Positions 26,218-33,619 of a stretch of DNA of 37,358 nucleotides are shown piece by piece. The first letter of the stretch is position 1; every line of letters begins with the position of its first letter. A program made the position numbers and the translations under genes. The stretch comes from a virus (taxonomy: Duplodnaviria > Caudoviricetes), in IMG/VR virus record IMGVR_UViG_3300043414_000188, positions 1 through 37,358 of that record. The stretch is one strand, 5' to 3'. Below the pieces are notes generated by a model that was not told where the DNA came from, made no database searches, and saw only the letters and a program-made list of their open reading frames with translations.

Positions 26218-26303
26218 TAAATCAAAAGAGCCAGCCAAAGAACACCAGCAACTGACATTAGCATTCAGTAAGCCAGCCGCCGCAAGCAACTTTTAAAAGT
26301 CAC
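26205..26303 (-). pseudogene. Possible tiny membrane gene with an in-frame TGA (VTFKSCLRRLAY*MLMSVAGVLWLALLIYYVY)
   Basis: GTGA overlap with the upstream stop, and the frame continues into a TM helix after a single TGA. Confidence 0.3.
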
Positions 26304-26446
26304 AACGGATCATCTTGTTCGGCATTGAGCGCCTCCCATTCTTCTTGCGAAATAAACGGGATTGCTATCGGTGGATTGTCAATCAACATCTGGCGCCATT
26401 TCATTTCACGCTCAATGCGCTCAAACTCATCGTCTTCAGTGTTCAT
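26300..26446 (-). CDS. 48-aa hypothetical protein (MNTEDDEFERIERE...)
   Basis: Translated by hand. AGGAG RBS and ATGA overlap. Confidence 0.7.
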   Translation of the reverse strand: MNTEDDEFERIEREMKWRQMLIDNPPIAIPFISQEEWEALNAEQDDPL

Positions 26447-26712
26447 CTTTGCTCCTTTGTGTCGTGGTCTGTCCTTGCTCGGATGGCTTGCGCCAAAGAG
26501 TCAGCGGTTTTGTGCGAATCCCATTGGTTCATTTTTTCATGTGTATCCGCAAGGCCGTCACACAGCTCAGCACATGCCTCCCGCTCGGTCAACATGGCGG
26601 CATCATAGATTTGTTTGTACATCTCTTTGAATGAGTCTTCTCCAAACTGGATAAGCGCACCTCCAAATAAATACTTGCCACCAAAAAGTTCTACCACTTC
26701 TTTCATGTTCAT
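26443..26712 (-). CDS. Small phage protein (EREACA...AIRAR type)
   Basis: ORF track, RBS, ATGA overlap and a recurrent phage motif. Confidence 0.8.
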   Translation of the reverse strand: MNMKEVVELFGGKYLFGGALIQFGEDSFKEMYKQIYDAAMLTEREACAELCDGLADTHEKMNQWDSHKTADSLAQAIRARTDHDTKEQR

Positions 26713-26960
26713 GATTGCTCCTTCGTGTAGCCTTGATTAAAAGCATTCGTCATCTCATTCACGTAGTCAGCTTCGGCTTCTTCCCACGCCTCGCACAAAG
26801 CGTCAGACCACATCAGCCCGTGCTGGCCAATAAAGTCACTGACCGCTACGCCCAACTTCTCAATTGAATTCATTTCAATCCCCTGCCGCCAGCACAGGCA
26901 TGGAGCGCCCACGATTTGCGGTCTACCGCAGTGGCCACAGTTGTATAAGGATGCTGTCAT
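26709..26960 (-). CDS. 83-aa protein with N-terminal CxxC...CxC
   Basis: ORF track, GGAG RBS and ATGA overlap. Confidence 0.75.
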   Translation of the reverse strand: MTASLYNCGHCGRPQIVGAPCLCWRQGIEMNSIEKLGVAVSDFIGQHGLMWSDALCEAWEEAEADYVNEMTNAFNQGYTKEQS

Positions 26961-27382
26961 CTCTGCTCCGATGGTACAAATTTAAAATCTTTGGGTGCGT
27001 TGATAAGCCCGTAGGGGCTGGCGGTAAAGCTGTGACCCTTGTAGCAGTCATAGCAGTATTGTGTCGGCGACTTGATGTCGCACTTGCATTTGCGGCAGTA
27101 CTTCCACGGGTATTTTTTAATCCGCTTGGCGCGTTCTTCAGGTGTCATGTGTTGCGCTCCCCAAGATATCACTACTGCGGTGATGATTTCATGTCCGGGG
27201 TGTTTGTCGTCTTCGTAGACAACCTCGTGGCTCCCGTAATACCACGATGTATTAACGTTCAGCGCCACTGGCTCGATGTCAATCAAGGTGACGTTCTCCA
27301 CGCCGCCCTCGTACCCGTGACGCATAACCTCCATTTCTAGGTCAAGGGCTTGCAGTTTTTCAATCAGTTCTTTAACTTTCAT
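26957..27382 (-). CDS. Hypothetical protein, probable fusion of two small genes (MKVKELIEKL... plus Zn-ribbon MTPEERAK...)
   Basis: Start at ATG 27382 with a GGAGG RBS. Internal RBS plus ATG at 27148. Confidence 0.75.
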   Translation of the reverse strand: MKVKELIEKLQALDLEMEVMRHGYEGGVENVTLIDIEPVALNVNTSWYYGSHEVVYEDDKHPGHEIITAVVISWGAQHMTPEERAKRIKKYPWKYCRKCKCDIKSPTQYCYDCYKGHSFTASPYGLINAPKDFKFVPSEQR

Positions 27383-27594
27383 TTCTGCTCCTCCAACCAA
27401 ACTAAAAAACTGTCCTTAGTGTCTGTCTCCAACGGCATCTCTTTGACCTTTTCAGCAATCTCTCTAAAAGCTGATTGCCTGCCTCGATCAAACCAAATGC
27501 CACTTTGACGGAGTTGATTTTCAATTGATGTGTCGTATTCGCGTTTGACGTAGACCATTTTTTCGGGGTCGGTGGGGTGGGGTTTAAGTGGCAT
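27379..27594 (-). CDS. 71-aa hypothetical protein
   Basis: ORF track with an AAGGAG RBS. Confidence 0.75.
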   Translation of the reverse strand: MPLKPHPTDPEKMVYVKREYDTSIENQLRQSGIWFDRGRQSAFREIAEKVKEMPLETDTKDSFLVWLEEQK

Positions 27595-28015
27595 TGTTTT
27601 TACTCCTTAATTTAGCTTCAGTGAGTTTGAACACTTGTGAAACGATATATCCGTCATCGTCTTCTGTGATTCCTGCACTCAACTCAATCAAGTGTTTATC
27701 CTCATCCGTCAACGATACCCACGGGCGTTGTTGTGGTGAGGTGTAGAGGGCTTGAATACCAAGTAACTTTTCAGCCCCCTCAAGAGAATCCATATATCGC
27801 CAATGTATTTCTCGGTTAAAAAATGTTCCCGTTCTATATCTCCACGCCACAGGCTCCTGCTGTGCTGCTACAAAGCGCAGTAAATCTTCTTCTTCCTCTT
27901 GCGTCAGTCGATGCCAGCAAAGCAGGGTTGCCAGTTTCCCGCGCAGTGCAAATTCATTCTGCTCCTGCTCTGGCTGTGCTGGCTTCCCTTGTGGCCTCAG
28001 TATTTCCTTGCTCAT
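27584..28015 (-). CDS. Small phage protein (AQPEQE/EPVAW/LYTSP/WV.LTDE type)
   Basis: Recurrent modular motif family of proteobacterial phages. ATGA overlap. Confidence 0.8.
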   Translation of the reverse strand: MSKEILRPQGKPAQPEQEQNEFALRGKLATLLCWHRLTQEEEEDLLRFVAAQQEPVAWRYRTGTFFNREIHWRYMDSLEGAEKLLGIQALYTSPQQRPWVSLTDEDKHLIELSAGITEDDDGYIVSQVFKLTEAKLRSKNNAT

Positions 28016-28203
28016 GTATTATTTCCTCTTGCTCTGATGTCGTTAACAATTTCAAACGCCCATACAGGCTCGGCATACTGCATTGCTTCAACTTCAACAA
28101 TCTTTGCACACGCCTCAATTTCTTGATTTATTGCCCAACGAATAGCTTCACGGGTGCTTGCATGGCCTTGAATAGCCATTTCAATTACTTCATCTTGTGT
28201 CAT
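28012..28203 (-). CDS. 63-aa small phage protein (E.EACA...IRARG type)
   Basis: ORF track. Shares its motif with 26443-26712. Confidence 0.75.
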   Translation of the reverse strand: MTQDEVIEMAIQGHASTREAIRWAINQEIEACAKIVEVEAMQYAEPVWAFEIVNDIRARGNNT

Positions 28204-28526
28204 GCTTGCCCCCTTGCTCGGAGTCCTGACGGGTCGCTTTGTAGTGAGTAAGAGTCATGCAGTTGACGCAGCGCCCCTAAGAACTTCTTACGTTCATCTG
28301 CGCGGACAAGCGCGGCAAAGCGTTCAAGGTCTTCGTCAATGCCTGTCACGCGCAACAAAAATCCATGCTCTAAATTGAACCCCGCTTCCCGCGCCATCTC
28401 CAAAACGGTTTTGTCTGGCTCATAATCAAACCCCAGTTCACGGGCGTTGTCGGCTTTAATGTCAAGGGTAATCTGACGCTTGCGCCAGCCCGTAATTAAT
28501 TCACCTACATGTTCGTTATTACTCAT
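28200..28526 (-). CDS. 108-aa small phage protein (ADNARELG, MAREAGF, LERFAALVRADER motifs)
   Basis: ORF track with a GAGGAG RBS. Confidence 0.75.
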   Translation of the reverse strand: MSNNEHVGELITGWRKRQITLDIKADNARELGFDYEPDKTVLEMAREAGFNLEHGFLLRVTGIDEDLERFAALVRADERKKFLGALRQLHDSYSLQSDPSGLRARGQA

Positions 28527-28719
28527 TTTCTTGCTCCTCTTGTTTCTGCGGGATACTTATTGTCACAAATCTCACGGCCTTGTCTCCATCTTTGAGTAGC
28601 AAAGTTACCGTTGCTGCTAGTAGGTCGCTGCCGTAGCGCAAAATCAATGCTTCCCAGATGTGATCCGTTTCACTCATCCTTGTCTGACGCTTGCGCCAGC
28701 CTGAATCGGTATTGCTCAT
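28519..28719 (-). CDS. 66-aa hypothetical protein
   Basis: ORF track and ATGA overlap. Confidence 0.7.
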   Translation of the reverse strand: MSNTDSGWRKRQTRMSETDHIWEALILRYGSDLLAATVTLLLKDGDKAVRFVTISIPQKQEEQENE

Positions 28720-28934
28720 GCTTCCCTCGCTTTCAGCATTGCGTCTGCCAATGCGTATGCGTCTAGCGCAATTGCGTCTGCTGGCGCATCTACATAATCT
28801 TCCCTACTGTTCATTGACTGCATAGCCTTCGCCGCAAAATAATCGCGCAGGGTCATGCCTTGATTGGGGTCGCCCCAATAGTCCAACGGTTTTGTAGTTG
28901 GAAACGCTGGCCCACCTGTGTCTGTATTGCTCAT
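28716..28934 (-). CDS. Small phage protein (GGPAFP...GMTLRDYFAAKAM...AY.LADAML type)
   Basis: Widespread phage motif, AGGAG RBS. Confidence 0.85.
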   Translation of the reverse strand: MSNTDTGGPAFPTTKPLDYWGDPNQGMTLRDYFAAKAMQSMNSREDYVDAPADAIALDAYALADAMLKAREA

Positions 28935-29095
28935 TTAATTTCTCCTGTTGTAAGTAATTGTCGATATGCGTCAAGTGCAACGCGCAAATCTTCACGCAAT
29001 GCCTTGATTTCTTCTTGTTGCTCTAACACCTTCTTGTTTGCTTCTGCGGCAAACTTTGCTAAATTTCTTTGCTCCCATGTTTGAAAGCTGGTCAT
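28931..29095 (-). CDS. 54-aa coiled-coil protein (MTSFQTWEQRNLAKFA...ALDAYR)
   Basis: Translated by hand. TAATG and ATGA overlaps on the two sides. Confidence 0.75.
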   Translation of the reverse strand: MTSFQTWEQRNLAKFAAEANKKVLEQQEEIKALREDLRVALDAYRQLLTTGEIK

Positions 29096-29286
29096 TATTC
29101 TTTGTTCCACTCAACTGCAATTTGTTTCGCCCGTTCTTCAGTTGTCACAACAGCGCCAGGCTTATCGGGAAACGTCAGGCAATTAAAGCCATTGCGGTTC
29201 GTCACGCCCCACCAACCCATCTTGCCGCCAAGGTCTTCGGCTCGGTAAGGTGGGAATGCAAAGTGTTTAGCGGGTACTGCTTTCAC
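29095..29286 (-). CDS. 63-aa hypothetical protein
   Basis: ORF track with a GTGA overlap. Confidence 0.7.
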   Translation of the reverse strand: MKAVPAKHFAFPPYRAEDLGGKMGWWGVTNRNGFNCLTFPDKPGAVVTTEERAKQIAVEWNKE

Positions 29287-29471
29287 GGTTTTTTTCCAAT
29301 TTTTAATAGCTCTACACGCTCACGACTAACGCGCAAAGTGTTGTAACGCTGGTGTATTCGTTCAAGCATAGACACACGTTTGTGTTGGCTGCGTTCCTCT
29401 TGCAGCAAAGCCAATAAATCGGCTTCGGTGTAATTCGGTAATTCACTCTGAAATTTTCTCCATGTCAGCAA
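29283..29471 (-). CDS. About 62-aa helical protein (LLTWRKFQSEL...ERIHQRYNTLR)
   Basis: ORF 29283..29555, with TTG 29471 behind a GGAG RBS chosen as start. Confidence 0.7.
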   Translation of the reverse strand: MLTWRKFQSELPNYTEADLLALLQEERSQHKRVSMLERIHQRYNTLRVSRERVELLKIGKKP

Positions 29472-29610
29472 TGCGTTTCTCCAATTCGGCAATATGTGCC
29501 GTAACTTTGTTGTAGGCCCGTGACGCACTGTTGTTCGTACGGGTTCGGATAGCAAGTTCCGCTTGCGCGGCCCTTAGCTTGGCTTTGAGTTGAGTTAGTT
29601 TTTTGTTCAT
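29443..29610 (-). CDS. 55-aa coiled-coil protein (MNKKLTQLKAKLRAAQAELAIR...)
   Basis: Translated by hand. Fills the gap downstream of the primase gene. Confidence 0.65.
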   Translation of the reverse strand: MNKKLTQLKAKLRAAQAELAIRTRTNNSASRAYNKVTAHIAELEKRIADMEKISE

Positions 29611-29634
29611 GTTGGAAAGTTTATCACAAATAAA

Positions 29635-31647
29635 CTATTTTTTCAACATCATTCCGGATGCCGTGCCAAGGTCAATGACAAGCCAGCCGTTTTCATGGAC
29701 TTCAATCAGCTTGGCTTCAATCAAAGGCTCTATGTATTTGCCCTTGGTTTTGTCTGCTGGTATTTGCGCCCTCAAACTGTCTTTTGTATATTCCTTGTTT
29801 TTCAAACCGTTGATCAATGCCCAATCAAAGAATGCGCTTTTCGTAAGGTACGGTGCGCCGCCTCGATCTTCTGCACCAGTGGCAAACCATGCGCGTTCAA
29901 ACGATGCAAAACCAAGTGAATCACCCTTGCTCTTTCCTTCTGGCGCTTCGCCTTTGACCACCACCGCACTGGTGACCGCCTCGCCATCTTCATCAAACCA
30001 GTTGGGTATCGCCACCGATTCAAGGTCAACATAGACTGGCGCTGCCATCTCTGCGTCTTTGCTTTTACGCTGCACAATTTCAATTGATTTGTCACCCTTA
30101 GCAGGCACCACGCTAATTTCAATGTCTAAAGCACCCCGCCATGCGCTAGAGCCTCGGCCTCGATGCTGGGCTTCTTCCGACACGCCCGTGTGATGCACCA
30201 GAATGACGGTGCAGCCAAACTCTTGCATGAGCGCAGCGCAGGCGTCTAACATGGTCTTAGCGTCCTGTGCGCTGTTTTCGTCACCCACCATGAATCGGTG
30301 CAGGGTGTCTACGGTAATCACACTTGGTTTGATCTTGAGCGCCCTGACCGCTTCTAGCACCTTCAAATACCCTTCGGCGGTGTTAAGGTCTACGCCTGAT
30401 TTACTGACCCACATATTGAGGTTAGTAACATTGTTATGGTGCTTCCACGCCGCTATACGTGAGCGCAGGCCATGATGCCCTTCACCGGCCAAATACACCA
30501 TGTTGCCTGCCTTTACTTTGTGGCCAAACCAGCTTGCTTTTCCACTGGCAATGTGCAGCATCCAATCAAGGGTGACAAAGGTTTTGCCGCCGCCACTAGG
30601 CCCATGCACCATGACCAAGGCTTGGTCTTGTATCCAGTGCTTCACAAGCCACGAAATAGGCGCTGGCTGCTCTGAAAATCCATCAGCATGGATTAGGTAG
30701 TCTGTAGCAATTGGGGGCTTTAAAAGCAGCGCCAAGTCGTGCCCCGTTTGAACGTAATCATTGGCGTCACCTTCAATTGGCGGCATGATCATGCGAACCC
30801 CAAACTTAGCACTGGCTTGCTCGGCGTAACGTTGGCCTACCCCACTGGCGTCATTGTCAGCAACAATGCAAATGTCCAATGTCAGGTGTGCTGCTTTGAG
30901 AATGCCCGTCACTGGCACCAAGTTGCTTGCGCTGTACGCAACAGCGCATGGCTTGCCTGTCACCTCGGAGATGGTTGCTGCCGTTGCAAAGCCTTCAGCA
31001 ATGTAGAGCGTGTCAGCATCATCGGTACTGCCAACTAACCAAAACATTGAACCCGTTTGCCCACCTGGGTGATACAGTTTGCCGCCTTGGTGGTCAATAT
31101 ATTGGATGCTGGACAATTCCCCGTCTGAGTTGTATAGCGGCACCATCAAGCGCCCGTCACCCGTAATCCGTGCGCCATTTGGCTGTATGCCCTTGCGCTG
31201 TAGATAGGGATGCTCTGGGCTTGCTGCACCTGCTTGCGACCAGATTAAATCCACGGTGTTCGCGGCCACTTCGCGGGTCTTTGCTTGCTCTGCATCGCGC
31301 TGTGCCTTGGCCTCTGAGAGCCTGCGCGACTGCGCCATTTCCTCGGCCACCGTCAGGCTGCGCCCTATGTCTGCCTTCCAAGTTAATTCAACACCAGAGC
31401 GCCAGCAACCAAAGCGCCCCGCGGGTATGCCATCGTTAAAAACGATGTACCAACCTGGCTTATCGTGGCCTTTCTCACCCTTGGTGCCACTGTTAAATCG
31501 GTGCAACTTGCCATCAAGATGTATAGCCTCTGGTGGCTTTAGCCCTGCGCCTAGCATGGCGTCTTTTAGCTGTATGTCGGGTGCTGTGGGGGTTTGTTGC
31601 TCTGGTGGTGACCAAGGGCCACCGAGGATGCTTGAGAGGTCTGCCAT
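29635..31647 (-). CDS. Primase-helicase: Toprim domain fused to a RepA-like (AAA_25) helicase
   Basis: HPYLQRKG, IAEGFATA, ADND and GDANDY Toprim motifs. Walker A GPSGGGKT, Walker B ITVDTL, LVHHTG and RGSSA helicase motifs. Confidence 0.92.
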   Translation of the reverse strand: MADLSSILGGPWSPPEQQTPTAPDIQLKDAMLGAGLKPPEAIHLDGKLHRFNSGTKGEKGHDKPGWYIVFNDGIPAGRFGCWRSGVELTWKADIGRSLTVAEEMAQSRRLSEAKAQRDAEQAKTREVAANTVDLIWSQAGAASPEHPYLQRKGIQPNGARITGDGRLMVPLYNSDGELSSIQYIDHQGGKLYHPGGQTGSMFWLVGSTDDADTLYIAEGFATAATISEVTGKPCAVAYSASNLVPVTGILKAAHLTLDICIVADNDASGVGQRYAEQASAKFGVRMIMPPIEGDANDYVQTGHDLALLLKPPIATDYLIHADGFSEQPAPISWLVKHWIQDQALVMVHGPSGGGKTFVTLDWMLHIASGKASWFGHKVKAGNMVYLAGEGHHGLRSRIAAWKHHNNVTNLNMWVSKSGVDLNTAEGYLKVLEAVRALKIKPSVITVDTLHRFMVGDENSAQDAKTMLDACAALMQEFGCTVILVHHTGVSEEAQHRGRGSSAWRGALDIEISVVPAKGDKSIEIVQRKSKDAEMAAPVYVDLESVAIPNWFDEDGEAVTSAVVVKGEAPEGKSKGDSLGFASFERAWFATGAEDRGGAPYLTKSAFFDWALINGLKNKEYTKDSLRAQIPADKTKGKYIEPLIEAKLIEVHENGWLVIDLGTASGMMLKK

Positions 31648-31675
31648 TTATTTTTCACTTGTTGTTAAAAAGTTG

Positions 31676-31710
31676 TTGACACTGTATCACGAACCTGTGT
31701 TAAGATGCAA
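31676..31710. promoter_or_regulatory. Overlapping divergent sigma70-like promoters
   Basis: Plus strand: TTGACA (31676) and TGtTAAGAT (-10 at 31701, long 19-nt spacer). Minus strand: TTGCAT (31710) and TGaTACAGT. Confidence 0.6.
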
Positions 31711-31764
31711 TCACGCTTCGAACTGAGTCCAGACGGAAGCGCAAACAGAGAAGGAGAAAGCCAA

Positions 31765-32430
31765 ATGGCTATATCGTTAAAACGTACCAGCGGCCTCGCA
31801 GCCAACGGTGTTAAGTTGCTTGTCTACGGACAGGCGGGGTCGGGTAAGACAAGTCTGATAAAGCACTTGCCAAATCCAATTGTATTGTCGGCTGAGGGGG
31901 GTTTGTTGTCTATTCAGGATGCTGATTTACCCTACATTGAGATTGCCTCAATGGATGACCTGCGCGAGGCTTATAGCTGGGCTTTAGAGTCCGAATACAA
32001 AAGCATTGCGCTGGACAGCATCAGCGAGATCGCTGAAGTTTGCCTGAACCACGAGAAGAAGGTCAACAAAGACCCACGCGCTGCCTACGGCGCTATGCAA
32101 GAGCAGATGGCCGACATTATTCGGGCATTCCGCGACATCCCTGGTCGCCATGTTCTGATGACTGCCAAGCTGGAGAAAACCCAAGACGAAATGGGGCGGG
32201 TGCTGTATAGCCCATCAATGCCAGGCAACAAGACCGGCCAAGCGCTGCCTTATTTCTTTGATGAAGTGCTGGCGCTGCGGGTAGAGAAAGACGCTGAGGG
32301 CAACACCCAACGGGCCTTGATGTGTGACTCTGATGGCCTTTGGCTTGCAAAGGACAGGTCAGGCAAACTAAGCGCGTGGGAAGCGCCTGACTTGGGCGAA
32401 ATCATTGCAAAGATTGGCGGTGCAGCATGA
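31765..32430 (+). CDS. Sak4-like ssDNA-annealing ATPase (AAA_24)
   Basis: KLLVYGQAGSGKT, ALDSISE and LAKDRSG motifs. AAGGAG RBS before ATG 31765. Confidence 0.88.
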   Translation: MAISLKRTSGLAANGVKLLVYGQAGSGKTSLIKHLPNPIVLSAEGGLLSIQDADLPYIEIASMDDLREAYSWALESEYKSIALDSISEIAEVCLNHEKKVNKDPRAAYGAMQEQMADIIRAFRDIPGRHVLMTAKLEKTQDEMGRVLYSPSMPGNKTGQALPYFFDEVLALRVEKDAEGNTQRALMCDSDGLWLAKDRSGKLSAWEAPDLGEIIAKIGGAA

Positions 32431-32708
32431 AAATCAAAACCACACTCCACATATATTTTTGCAAGTTTGCATGGGAAGAAATAGGCAAGTTTGTGCCTTT
32501 TGCTTTCCCAGTTGAGCCTTGCGAAGATTACACATTTGTTTGCAAGCAAGAAATTGAACTTGAAGTGCCAGAAGACTTTGACCCACGCACACAGCAAATT
32601 GCCGCGTTGGAACAGCAAAAGCAAAAGGTCATGGCTGATTATCAAAAGTCGGTGACTGAGATTAACGACCGAATTTTCAACCTGCTAGCACTGGAGTACA
32701 CAGCATGA
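32427..32708 (+). CDS. 93-aa hypothetical protein
   Basis: ORF with ATGA overlaps on both sides and a C-terminal coiled coil. Confidence 0.7.
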   Translation: MKIKTTLHIYFCKFAWEEIGKFVPFAFPVEPCEDYTFVCKQEIELEVPEDFDPRTQQIAALEQQKQKVMADYQKSVTEINDRIFNLLALEYTA

Positions 32709-33076
32709 CTTTATATCAACGTTGGCTCGACGCCAAAAAAGCCGAAGCCGCTGCGGTGACCGAGCGCCGTGAGCTTGAAGACCAGATGGCTGTGCAGTTT
32801 GCCATTCCTAAAGACCTTGACGGAACCGTTAAACACGAGGTTGAAGGTTACATCATCAAGATGGAAGGCCGTATCAACAAGAAGGTTGACGCCGACAAAC
32901 TGCAAATGCTTGCCGCTGAAGCCGGTCTGTCTGAACACCTGTCCAGCCTCTTTCGCTGGAAACCTGAAATCAATGCAAAGGCATGGGGTGCGGCATCTAG
33001 TGTCGTGACCGGACCTTTGCTTGGTGCAATTACGTCCACACCCGGACGCCCTACTTTTACTATCACGAAGGATTAA
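32705..33076 (+). CDS. Conserved hypothetical protein of Sak4 modules (WLDAK..E...RR..ED, FRWKPEI)
   Basis: ORF track, GGAG RBS and synteny. Confidence 0.8.
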   Translation: MTLYQRWLDAKKAEAAAVTERRELEDQMAVQFAIPKDLDGTVKHEVEGYIIKMEGRINKKVDADKLQMLAAEAGLSEHLSSLFRWKPEINAKAWGAASSVVTGPLLGAITSTPGRPTFTITKD

Positions 33077-33078
33077 TC

Positions 33079-33567
33079 ATGGCTTTTTTAGACGAAGAAT
33101 TTAGCGTCGATACGCTGCCCGTTGGTAACAACAACTTTGAACCACTGCCAGAAGGTTGGTACAACGCCGCCATCACGGGTGCAGAGGTCAAGGAAACCAA
33201 GGCAGGTGACGGTAAGTACATTGCTTGCAAGTACACCATCACAGGGCCAAGCCATCAAGGGCGTGTCATTTTTGGCAACTTGAACATCAAGAACGCCAGT
33301 ACTAAGGCCGAGGAGATTGGCAGATCACAACTGGGCGAAATCATGCGAGCCATTGGCTTGGCAAAAGTGTCCGATACCGACCAACTGATCGGCGGTAACT
33401 TGAGCATTAAGCTGGTCGTCAAGACTGGTGAGTACGCAGGCAATGAGATCAAGGGCTTTAAGGCTTTGAGCAACCCAGCTCAGGGTGTCTCTTTCAAGGC
33501 ATCAGCACCGACTGCCGCGCCTGCTGCACCTGCAAAGGCTGCACCACCTTGGGCTAAGAGCAAGTAA
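33079..33567 (+). CDS. DUF669-like ssDNA-binding protein
   Basis: FEPLPEGWY...AEVK.TK.GDG, AEEIG..QL, NEIKGF motifs and an Ala/Pro tail ending PPWA. Confidence 0.85.
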   Translation: MAFLDEEFSVDTLPVGNNNFEPLPEGWYNAAITGAEVKETKAGDGKYIACKYTITGPSHQGRVIFGNLNIKNASTKAEEIGRSQLGEIMRAIGLAKVSDTDQLIGGNLSIKLVVKTGEYAGNEIKGFKALSNPAQGVSFKASAPTAAPAAPAKAAPPWAKSK

Positions 33568-33596
33568 AAAAAGACCCCGCTTGTAACGGCGGGGTC
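33566..33596 (-). terminator. GC-rich hairpin with its U-tail on the minus strand
   Basis: GACCCCGC...GCGGGGTC (33573-33596) preceded by A7 on the plus strand. Confidence 0.6.
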
Positions 33597-33619
33597 AACT
33601 ACTCAACAGGAGAACAAAC

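Noticed and set aside
26205-26303. TGA stop-codon reassignment suggested by an in-frame TGA
   Set aside because: Single instance. Many genes end at TGA with ATGA coupling and long genes are intact in the standard code.
26315-29346. Plus-strand ORFs across the mini-gene region (26315-26634, 26864-27340, 27823-28251, 29038-29346)
   Set aside because: The minus strand is fully tiled by coupled genes with RBSs, and the plus-strand ORFs lack such signals.
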